From an uncultured Nitrososphaeraceae archaeon (GTDB taxonomy: Archaea; Thermoproteota; Nitrososphaeria; Nitrososphaerales; Nitrososphaeraceae), in contig CAVZZA010000003.1 of NCBI GenBank assembly GCA_963779615.1, positions 384,001 through 448,000 on the forward strand: 64,000 nucleotides of DNA, written 5' to 3'. The notes beneath the pieces are model-generated. The model saw only the letters and a list, made by a program, of their open reading frames with translations, was not told the origin of the DNA and did not search any database. The translations under genes were made by a program, and so were the position numbers. Positions 22,373-32,228 of the stretch are shown piece by piece (within the stretch, counting starts at the first letter, position 1; each line of letters begins with the position of its first letter).

Positions 22373-23425
22373 AGATCTCTTGCATAATTAGAAACAGCAT
22401 GCTCTGTCAGTTTGGCAATGACTGATGATGTCAATCTAAAAAGACGACAATGTTCTGTAGTTTACCAACCCCGATACTATATCGGATATATTGTCATAAT
22501 TTCTCAACCTGTTTCTGAATGTGTCGCCCATTATCCTGTACTTTTACATCCTGCAAATAGTATGCTCTATCACTATCCTTTTTCTAGAGTGATTATGGTT
22601 GCACTCCTTTTCCTCATGGGACAAATCTTTTTGGCCTCTCTTCTTTCTGTTTGGCAGGGACGATAGTTGCTCTGGAAAGTCTTTCCCAACCCCAAGGTAT
22701 CCGAGGTCAAACACGCTGACAACCTGCTTTGGGGTTACCGGGTGATTCTTCTTGTAGATGTCATAGTCATGCCTTTTTCCTTTCTTATGGCCTGTTTTGT
22801 GAATAATGACACCCTGGCTGTTAACCGTGAGCTGTGTCTTTACGGTATGCATTTTCTTTCTTTCCTGAATAATACATTTTCCTTCTTTCTTTATTCTTTG
22901 GTCTTGGAATCTGCTGCTCTGTACAATCCACGAAAGCAATAAAACCCGGAAAGTACTTTTCAACTTCTTCTGGTGTACGCAGCCTTTTTGCTACTTTGTA
23001 CATCTTTTGTGGAATTGGCACGCACTTTCTTATCAACGACTCAATTTTTTGAATATCTCTGCAAATGTTACTCTGATCCAAATCAAACAAAAAGCCAGCC
23101 AGAGTGTAGGTTATGTAAAGACGGTAATAGTATACCAAAAGCATCAGAAACCTGTTTTTAACATCCAGATTGAAATGTCTTCCTCCAGCATCTATGGATC
23201 GTTCTCTGTCTTTTCTTTTGGATAACCGCTTGATCTCATGCTTGCCGTATCTTTTTATTATCTCTTTTTTGTAAATATCATCAAACTCTTTTACTGTTGC
23301 CTCCAGTGAATGATTTGAAAAGAAATGGTTATCTGGATAACCTTTCATACGAAAGCAAATAAAGGACATGAAATTTATGAACTGATGGTCATAAAGCTGT
23401 TTAGTAGCAATTATGCGAGAGATCT
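22373..23425 (-). mobile_element. IS5-family insertion sequence (1053 bp) with frameshifted DDE transposase
   Basis: Ends AGATCTCTTGCATAATT / AATTATGCGAGAGATCT, ATT target duplication; VDCTEQ, DLGYLG and RIVIEH motifs in ORFs 22821-23369 and 22544-22963. Confidence 0.9.
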
Positions 23426-24065
23426 ATTATATAAAATCCGTATTCAGGATAGATCCATTACCAGTACGTGGATTTAATACCGTATCTGCAATTGTACTCT
23501 TATTATTTTTATTATATAAGATAATGTGGTATACTATAACTGTAAAACAGAAAAATCTAATCCGAAATCAATAAAGTATATGATTGGAACTTGGTGACAT
23601 GAGATTCAGATAAAGACAAGGAATCTGGAATTATGACCAAGCCTCAGATATATAGACAGAGCCTTGATTGGTTGTATTCACCTTTATAACTTATCTCAAC
23701 TGTTTGTAAATTCAGACCTTTCATCTAGAGATTGTAAGAGGGAAAAGCAAAAGTGTAGAGAGGAATTTATCAGATGATACATTGCAGATATAGCTGTAGA
23801 GTATGCTATTTCATCTGGTTCAGTTCTTTTTCTTACCTGACTTATAAATTATATTCCAGACATAAATCTATACCTTTTTTCCTTAACTTTAAAGAGCGGT
23901 TAAATATATCCGAGATAATTTGACAAGTTAAGTTTGTTTATATAATAGACATCTTTTATAAAGGTATTGGCTTATTTAAGATCCATTTCATTAAATCTGT
24001 TTCTAATTTGCGTTGGTTTAATGGTGGATGAAATTACAATTTTTCCATATACTCGATTACAATAG

Positions 24066-24356
24066 GTGGGATATAGTATAAAAGGAGTTCGCGATAATTT
24101 TACAAATTCACCTGACAATACCAATGGTCCAACGGCATATGTATTATTAAACTGTGACTCGGGTTCTGAAAACGATATAATAAAAAAAATCGAACTGATA
24201 CCTGAAGTAGAAGAAGTCCATAGAATATTTGGAGCTTATGATGTTATCGTTAAGCTGCAATCGCTTGATATGGATAAACTCCGAGAGATTATAACTTGGA
24301 ATATAGGAAAAATAGATAAAATACGCTCAATATCTACATTGATTGTAAATAAATAA
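24066..24356 (+). CDS. Stand-alone Lrp/AsnC ligand-binding domain protein
   Basis: AYVLLNC..EVHRIFGAYDVIVK..IRSISTL. Confidence 0.85.
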   Translation: MGYSIKGVRDNFTNSPDNTNGPTAYVLLNCDSGSENDIIKKIELIPEVEEVHRIFGAYDVIVKLQSLDMDKLREIITWNIGKIDKIRSISTLIVNK

Positions 24357-25077
24357 CAAGAAAAAGGGTAAACATATACTGATTGACATATATTCGCTAT
24401 TCAGTTCTCAACAGATACTTTACTACATCTAGGTTAAATCGTCTTTATCGTCGTATCGTTGTTATTGTAGCATCCTAGGGGCTGTTAAATGTATACTTAC
24501 GACGATACTACGGTTACTACGGTATTTTCCATACTTTAACAAAAAATTATGAAATTAAGATGCCCTATAAAATTTAGGAGGACTTTATAATATATAACAT
24601 AACAAGATTTAGTTTTATTGTCTGTGCTGCAATTGATGGCCTATTATAACAGAAAAATGTATTAAAATTTAATTTAGTGTCATTTAAATGGTAACATAAA
24701 AAATATCTCACATAATCCAGTTTATGGATTAAGGCAACCTAGAATTGTTTATTATTTCTTCCATCTCTCCACCATTAAAAGTGTCTTTTGATTCTAGGTC
24801 AAAAATGTTGTTGTAGAGTTATGCATTCAATACATTGTCTTGGAGCCTGGATAGTAATAATTGTTGCAATCGGTGTAAATTGGTTAATCCAACAGGAACA
24901 CTTACCGCCTGAATCCCAGCGTTATTGAATGTTTAATCTCCACCGGGATGCTGGGATGGCACACTTCAAACTTGAAAAGTTGGGAGTTAGGCATTTTTAT
25001 GAAGAGTGTGATAATGGATATATGTATATCATCTGCAGGCATGGTGTTTTTGTTTCCAGAAAAGAAGGGGCGCTAGA

Positions 25078-25648
25078 ATGAGGTTTCATGCAGAGAAAAA
25101 AGGCATCCGTGTATTAGGAATAGCTGAAATCTTCAGAAAAACTAGTGCTTGTTCCACGCTAGCGGGAATAGTAATGCGCCGTGACCTGATAATTGACGGC
25201 ATGGTTTTTGGGAATGTCGCGATTGGAGGAAATGATTCTACGCAAAACATCCTGTCCATGTACAGGTCATTAAAGAGAAATGACATTAATTGCATAATGC
25301 TTGATGGCCTTGTTATCAGCATGTACAACATAATAGATGGTGAAGAACTTGGAGAAAACACCAATGTTCCAGTTATAGCGATATCATTCAAAGACTCGGA
25401 GGGACTGGAAGGTGCCATACAACACCACTTTTCCAATGACTCCAATCCTAAATTAGAACAATACCGTAAACTAGGGCAACGAGACAAAACTCTATTAAAG
25501 ACGGGGCAAGACTCTGTTCGTACGGTACTGGGGAATAAGCCCAAAAGAAGCATCCACGATCATTGATTGCTTTACACTCCAAGGTTCCATTCCAGAGCCG
25601 ATTAGAGTAGCAAAACTTGCTGCTCGTGCCAGCATGCGAAGCAAATGA
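25078..25648 (+). pseudogene. DUF99-family (endonuclease V-like) protein, frameshifted near 25510
   Basis: IRVLGIAE..GGNDST..MLDG..YNIID; the C-terminal GSIPEPIRVAKL is in another frame. Confidence 0.8.
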
Positions 25649-25949
25649 CTCGGACTTAGGGCATCCCACCATAATATTATCTGTATTTGGTCCAAATGAT
25701 ATTTCCATGATACTCTGGGAAGGGGGTGCGATCATATAATAGCCATTATCCACTAAAACTATTACGGAATTACATGTCTGTTTAGGTGGGATTAACTTCT
25801 TGATGGTATGCTGGACTGATTGAATTTGGATAATATGATTACCATAATCAATATCAACTACACATTCTGTACATATTCCTGTTGGCTATTCTAACGGATA
25901 AGCATAAAAAAATAAAACCATTACAACAGCATCCATAACAAAGTAGGAA

Positions 25950-26127
25950 AATTGTCTCCGATGTATCCGATGACTCCGGCTGAGCACAGCTATACGCAGA
26001 AAACCCGGACATAACCTCTTTTCTTAACCAATTTGTCTCCGGTTCTGCAAAGTTATATCCGGATAAAAGCAAAAATTTAGTGCTTAAAATCTAGATTTCG
26101 GAGACACCGGACACACCGGAGACATTT
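25950..26127 (+). repeat. Repeat R5
   Basis: ATTGTCTCCGATGTATCCGATGACTCCGG...TCGGAGACACCGGACACACCGGAGACATTT. Confidence 0.95.
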
Positions 26128-26413
26128 TTAGTTAATTGGTAAGAGATGCTGGGAAGTTTAGGGATAGGAATTTGCGAAAAAAGTATGGATAATATATGGA
26201 CAGAAAATAAAATAATGAAAAAAAATTGTTGATTCGTACAATCACAGCCCTCTCATAAAATAAAGACCAAACTTAATACCTCATCAGTAATAAGACATAG
26301 TAGGATTGAGAATATAAAAAAAGAAACAGGCAACCTCGTTCGCTGCATTTTGTGATTTGGTTTTTGATAAGGGCTTTATGGTTGGCAAAACAACAGTTCC
26401 CATGACTCATTCG

Positions 26414-26977
26414 TCAAAAGAGTTTTCGGTTCTTTAAATCGTAATATTTGTTTTTCATTTTGTCGATTTCCTGATGATAATACTTTAAAGTCTCTTTTGA
26501 GTTGAATGTGTCGACATCGAGTCGGTCCTTTTCCAACTTGTAGTTTTTATTATCCCTTTTGATGTCAACTATTTCTTTGACATCCTTCAAGCTGAGGTGG
26601 CCTTCCCTTAAATAGTGAAGCAATTCCAAAAACTCAGGTTTGTTTCCATTTTCAGACAATACGGAAACAACATCGTGCCGATTTTGTAATGCCAGATAGT
26701 CAGAATGTATTTTCAGGGCCTGGTCCGGTGGCAGGTCAAGCCCAATTGCGACCTGGATGATGGACTTGCCCGTTAAAAACAGCCTAAAGGCCTGGGATGC
26801 AATTGACAGGGGATTTTTCTTTTTATCATCTTCATTAACCTCGCCAGTTAGTTTGTTTCTTATCTTCTTGATTTCGGTAAATGAGACATGGGCCTGCTTC
26901 GCAATCTCCATTGCCGTAAGTCCTTAGTTGAGCATATCAATGACCAACGCCTCCTAGTCCTTTTCACTTAAAATCAT
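26414..26977 (-). pseudogene. HTH/coiled-coil protein (paralog of 40560-41114) with two early stops
   Basis: MILSEKD*EALVIDMLN*GLTAMEIAKQAHVS.. aligns with MILKRQQKEDLVIKLAEEGKSTRFIAEAAHVS. Confidence 0.7.
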
Positions 26978-27375
26978 GACACCTCACATTGTTATCATGT
27001 TTATTTATAAAGAAATGATTTTGCTATTCCTGTTACTGTCTTCTTTCACATACTTTTGTTTGTGACACATATTGACATCTTATCTAGTAAGCATCAAAAG
27101 TTGCCAGAACAAGATGTAATTTCTATATTGTCTCAATGCTTGGAGGAGTGCAATAAGGTAAGTAAAATTAGATGCAAATATCGTTAAAGAATTATGGAGC
27201 TGTAAGATATGATAAGGGTTGTTGGCCTATCAGCATAGAAAATATGAAGAAAGAGAATTACGTGGCTATAGAATTGTTCAGAATTAACTCAATAATTAAT
27301 AACAATTACATTCTAATTCTTATTTCTAATCATGATAAAAAAAGAATATTAGATCAATATTATGAATATTAAAAA

Positions 27376-28798
27376 TTGTCTATCACATTATTTGTAGCGC
27401 ATAGTCAAAGGGATGCTGAGTTACGCGGAATCCTTTCACAAGCATTGTCTATAAAGGGCATCAAACCCAAACTAATGGAATTTGAAGATCTTGGTAGAAG
27501 ATATCGCGGTTTTGAAATCAGCAATAGCATCAAAGAAGACTCGGATGGACTCGTAGTCCTTCTCGGAACGAATGTATTAAATCCACAAATGAGAAATCCT
27601 CAGTTTACCCGAAACTGGGTAGCGTTTGAAACAGGCGTCTCGGTTGGTGCCAATAAAAGAGTATGGGTAATAGAAGAAAACAAGAATAAGATCAGTTTTC
27701 CAATTCCTTATGTTACAGATTATATAATAATCAAAAACGTAGAAGAGGATATAAAAATTATTGGAAACATATTTGAAAATGTTTATTCAAAGACATCTGA
27801 AGAAGTAAAGAGTGTTAAATATGTGACAGTAACATGTCCATTTGAGAACTGTAACGCAAATTTTAGATTCTGGACAGTTTTTAAAAATAATTAGTTGTCC
27901 TGTATGCAGACAGCAGATGGACCTAGGCTTATACGATTTGAATACACAAAATGTCAAATCAATAAAAGCGAATGTAAAGATACCTAAATTAGTAGTTGAA
28001 TATGATGACAGAGAATATAATGCCAAAGTCCTTTATCGCGTCATTAGAAACACAAAGGAACGCTTTGAACATATAGGATCGCCACATAGAGACGATCCTA
28101 TTGATTTACTTTTGAAGAATCAAAGAGAATTAATTTTTAGAATCGAAAAAAAACCTAGACAAATAATTCCTCTTCTAGTTGACTTTGATGGTGATATTGT
28201 ATCTTATTGGTATATTCAAAAAACTAATGATAATAAATATATCCTGGACTTTAGACATAGGGTTCCAAATCACAATTTTCAAATTTATACCATCTTTGAG
28301 AATTACGAGATTGCATTCAACTTTTTTGTAACACTGGAAAATAAAGAAACCGGATATCCATCTTATAGTATTCAAAAAATAAGTTTTGTTCATGCATCAA
28401 AAGAAGATCATAATAACAAAGCTTCAAACGTCATGACTTATGAGAAAGATACTATATGGATAAGTGAAGGAGATGATTCATGGATAGAATTGGAATTAGA
28501 GAATGTGACTGAGATAAATTATCTTACAATAAAATGGACTAGCAATACGCTTCTTATTAATCGTTTTAGCATATCCTTATCTTTAGATGGAAGAACATTT
28601 GGTGATCAAATGTACTTTGTAAGTGAATTTGTTTCCAGGGAAGAGAATTTCTTTATAGAGAGCACAGAACCTAAATATGGAAAATTCGTCAGACTGTCAT
28701 TTCAAAACAAGGAAAAAAATGGTCGTGTTAACATTTCTCATATCAAGATTTTTGGAATAGACTCATCGGTTGGTCATGTAGGTTTATCTAGCGTATAA
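27376..28798 (+). pseudogene. TIR-like domain plus Zn finger plus discoidin (F5/8C)-like protein, frameshifted near 27885
   Basis: LFVAHS..SDGLVVLLG..NWVAFETG (TIR-like); CPFENC and CPVC on either side of the shift; WISEGDDSWIELEL..SLDG..FVRL (discoidin-like). Confidence 0.7.
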
Positions 28799-29110
28799 TT
28801 GCAAATAAATCAGTATATAACGATTATTATGGAAATAAGGTTGGTTTATAAAAGAAATAATGCCTAGATCTCTGCTACATTATTTTACCTCTGTTACATA
28901 TGTTATTTTTTATGTTGTTTTTGGAGGATTACAGCTATTGGGAGATCTTCGAACTCTTGAGGCCCCCACGGGCCACAAGCTTTAGCTGGTCTGGGCATAT
29001 CATTATCCACCTCAATATGGGAACTATGGCAACTGCCAACCTTTTTTTTACTGATTTTGGTAGGTTGGTTAAGGATTTTTCATGGTTGACCTTGCTGAAT
29101 TTAGTAAGAT

Positions 29111-29289
29111 TTGTGTCTCCAATGACTCCGGTAACTCCGGTGAGCACAAAATGTCTCCGGAAAACGAGAGTTTAACTCCGTATTTGGAAGAAATGTCTCC
29201 GGAAAAAGATAAGATGTCTCCAGGCAATCGGGATGATGCAAGCATTAAATCCAACAGTTCCGGAGACACCGGACACAGCGGAGTCATTC
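29111..29289 (+). repeat. Repeat R6 (same subtype as R0)
   Basis: Close match to 8231-8400, with one additional 9-bp unit in the left arm. Confidence 0.95.
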
Positions 29290-29480
29290 CCTATATATCT
29301 AAGGAGGAAGTTGACAAAACTAAAGACGATGTAAAAGAAACCGAAGGGTCAGAAACAGATAAAATGATAGGGTTTAGAGAGCCATTTCATTATTGCAGGC
29401 AGCACCCCCATGTCCAAAACATACATCGAGAGGAGATAGACCACCATATACGATATTCCAAAGAGCACGTTGGAGAGTAG
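29111..29480 (+). pseudogene. Orphan duplicate of the rep 3' tail
   Basis: SGEHKMSPENESLTPYLEEMSPEKD...IRYSKEH matches the Rep C-terminus; no rep homology upstream of 29111. Confidence 0.92.
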
Positions 29481-29622
29481 AAAACAAATGATGATGATAT
29501 TTATTTTTACAAGCAAATCCTAACTCATTTATTTTGGCGATACTTGTTCTCTTCATGTCATCTGTTGGTGTCCAAGATAAAAGAATTTAAGTAAATGCTC
29601 AAAGTCCTAGTCTAATACAATC

Positions 29623-31281
29623 ATGAACGTAATGGATTTCGGAGCCAAGGGGGATGTGAAATTGGGCTTTAATGGATCAATTCCTAAAGAAGATCTTGAT
29701 AAACTGTGTGTGCATGATGCTGCCTTTAATGCTAACGATATTGGCAAAATCATCAGCATTGCAAAACCGGGGGATAAAATACCGGTACTTAAAACAGAGA
29801 TTAAAGGTCTTGTTAGTAGTGACGTGGTCATTCTAAAATCACCCTCGTCTGGACCGGCAATGGATTTAGATGTCATGTGGGGAACAAGCGACACATTGGC
29901 TGTACAAAGGGCGATTGACAAGGCAGGTAAAGGAGAAACCATCTTCTTTCCTCCTGGCATATATTGCGCTCACGATTTATACCTTAAACCCGGGATTTCA
30001 CTCGTTTCCTTGGAGGGGTCTCTCATGTCTGTGGGCACATCCGATATTCCAGAAAACTGCGTTCCAAAGATCTTGCTGGAAGGAGCTATTATGACGCAAT
30101 TTATTGGAGACAATTCTACCTTCTTTTTTAGTGATAGCAATCGGCCCAATAGAGGCAAGCTGACAGGAGTCAGATTCAAAGGACTGATATTTGATGGCAA
30201 TATTGATCACAATAACAAATCATGTACGCTACTTTATCTAGGAAATGTTGACGGTCATTTAGGGGTTGACTTCTTTGACTGTGAGATAAAGAACTTTAGC
30301 TATGGCATACATGTACGGGGAGCTAATCATTCGTCATTTGAGTTCAACGGCTGTAAATTCAAGAAAAATGGCGGTACTTGTATAGCATTCGACAATACTA
30401 GCACAAATGACATAAGAATCACAGACTGCAAATTTATTGACTGTCTTGATGGCATTCAGATTTATCCCAATAGTAAGTTGCCTGAAGGTGAAGTAGAATT
30501 AGTTACCTGGAACACTTGCGATCAAGTCTTAGTTGAAAGATGCCATTTTTCTGGCAAGATGAGAAACCCAATTAAATGTGCAGGGGGTTCTTTTAAAAAT
30601 CCAAAGCTTAAACGTAAACCAGATATTAGACTTGCAGCAACTCATGTAACTGTCAAGGGGTGTACAGTCGTTGGGCCTGCCAGGTGGTGGTGGGATTATG
30701 TCAGTAAAGGTTCAGCAGATCAAATTGCACTGTATGGTGTAGACCACTTTACGGTTACCGGAAATGTGTCGAATAAAGGAGGCGATGGGGGAATTGTGAT
30801 CCAAGAAAGTCAGCACGGAACCATAGCGGGTAACACATGTTGTGAGAATTTTGGACCTGGAATATACATATTATCAGTAGATAGATCATCATCCTTCATC
30901 AATGTTAATGGCAATAATTGTATCAAAAATTGCCGTCGAGCTACGCTACCAGTTAGATGTGGAGACGAAGGTAAGAGAATAATTAACCACCCTGCAGGCA
31001 TAATGCTGTCTGGCTGCAACGATGTTCTAATTACGAATAATCTTTGCTACGATATTGCACTGCCTCGTACAAAGGCAACTCAGCTTTATGGTCTTTCTAT
31101 TAGCGACAGTACCAAAAATGTCGCAATTGGATCTAACATTATCGGTTCTAATCTTTTATTGGGTGTACCGGATTCTGGACGCGGAGGAGGAGGGGACGTC
31201 TTTGTCGACAGTCTTTCCACCTATGAAGTATTAAAGTCCTATAGCGAATATATCTCAAAAATTGAAGTCATCGGTGATTAA
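29623..31281 (+). CDS. Right-handed parallel beta-helix protein (pectate-lyase-3 / tailspike-like)
   Basis: NVMDFGAKGD..SDTLAVQRAID..TIFFPPGIY, followed by I-x-GN beta-helix rungs. Confidence 0.85.
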   Translation: MNVMDFGAKGDVKLGFNGSIPKEDLDKLCVHDAAFNANDIGKIISIAKPGDKIPVLKTEIKGLVSSDVVILKSPSSGPAMDLDVMWGTSDTLAVQRAIDKAGKGETIFFPPGIYCAHDLYLKPGISLVSLEGSLMSVGTSDIPENCVPKILLEGAIMTQFIGDNSTFFFSDSNRPNRGKLTGVRFKGLIFDGNIDHNNKSCTLLYLGNVDGHLGVDFFDCEIKNFSYGIHVRGANHSSFEFNGCKFKKNGGTCIAFDNTSTNDIRITDCKFIDCLDGIQIYPNSKLPEGEVELVTWNTCDQVLVERCHFSGKMRNPIKCAGGSFKNPKLKRKPDIRLAATHVTVKGCTVVGPARWWWDYVSKGSADQIALYGVDHFTVTGNVSNKGGDGGIVIQESQHGTIAGNTCCENFGPGIYILSVDRSSSFINVNGNNCIKNCRRATLPVRCGDEGKRIINHPAGIMLSGCNDVLITNNLCYDIALPRTKATQLYGLSISDSTKNVAIGSNIIGSNLLLGVPDSGRGGGGDVFVDSLSTYEVLKSYSEYISKIEVIGD

Positions 31282-31778
31282 GTCCTAACCTTTTTTCACT
31301 AACATAGACATCTACGCCCCAATTGGCCAATCCCTGTTGATTACCATTATGCAAACCATTTACCATAATTGATTAAAAAATAAATTTGAATTTACTGTTG
31401 TTTTCTCCATAAATGGGATTGGTAAATATAATTAGTAAAAATAAAGAAACTGTTATAAAAGAACTTGTTTAATTTTAAAAAGTTAGAGATAACGCATTTT
31501 TTTAAAGTCACTTGATGTAGTTTGCTTTTTATACGCAATTAAATACACTAATTTCTTCAAAAGAAAATAACTTTAGTAGATATCATTTTCTATATTGCTA
31601 AAACAAACATACTTTACCACTATTTGTATTTTAACTGTGGACTAAAGACAACGTAATCTACAAACAAACCGGTCAGTATCAACGACATTTTTATTATATT
31701 TTACATTAAATGAACTGCAGGAAAAATTGATTTCATCAATACAGTGGCCATATGACAACATTCAAAACATACTTGGAA

Positions 31779-31954
31779 ACTTGTCTCCAATGTCTCCATT
31801 ATCTCCGGATAGGCACAAATATGCACTGAAAACCCGGACACAGCTTCTCTCTTTGCAATTTATATCCGGTTTTGAAAGGTTATCTCCGGATATTAACAAA
31901 GGTTTAAGCACAAGATTCATAGTTCCGGAGACACCGGACACACCGGAGACATTT
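31779..31954 (+). repeat. Repeat R7
   Basis: TTGTCTCCAATGTCTCCATTATCTCCGG...TCCGGAGACACCGGACACACCGGAGACATTT. Confidence 0.95.
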
Positions 31955-32108
31955 TCGGTATACTCTTTAGGAGGATAGAACCCAACAAAGATTCAAATAT
32001 AAATAAAGCAAGTTTAAAATCCATTATTAACCATAAAAGATATTCAGCATATTCTAAGGTTTTCGCAGGCATTATCATATTTAATTACAGGCTATATGTC
32101 ATAGATAT

Positions 32109-32228
32109 ATGAGTAATGCTGAAGCAGAAAAAGAAGAGATGAATGATGAATCTCATGATTTAGAAGACAGTCAACAGGATGAAGAGGATGAAGAAAATGA
32201 GAATGACGCAGATTATCAGAAAGAATAA
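32109..32228 (+). CDS. 39-aa highly acidic small protein (not in ORF track)
   Basis: MSNAEAEKEEMNDESHDLEDSQQDEEDEENENDADYQKE, followed directly by a T7 run. Confidence 0.55.
   Translation: MSNAEAEKEEMNDESHDLEDSQQDEEDEENENDADYQKE

Noticed and set aside
8231..31954. Repeats R0-R7 as CRISPR repeats or ordinary MITEs
   Set aside because: Too long and too widely spaced for CRISPR. Uniform orientation, no evident target duplications, confinement to the element and one copy being part of rep argue against MITEs, although this is not excluded without a genome-wide scan.
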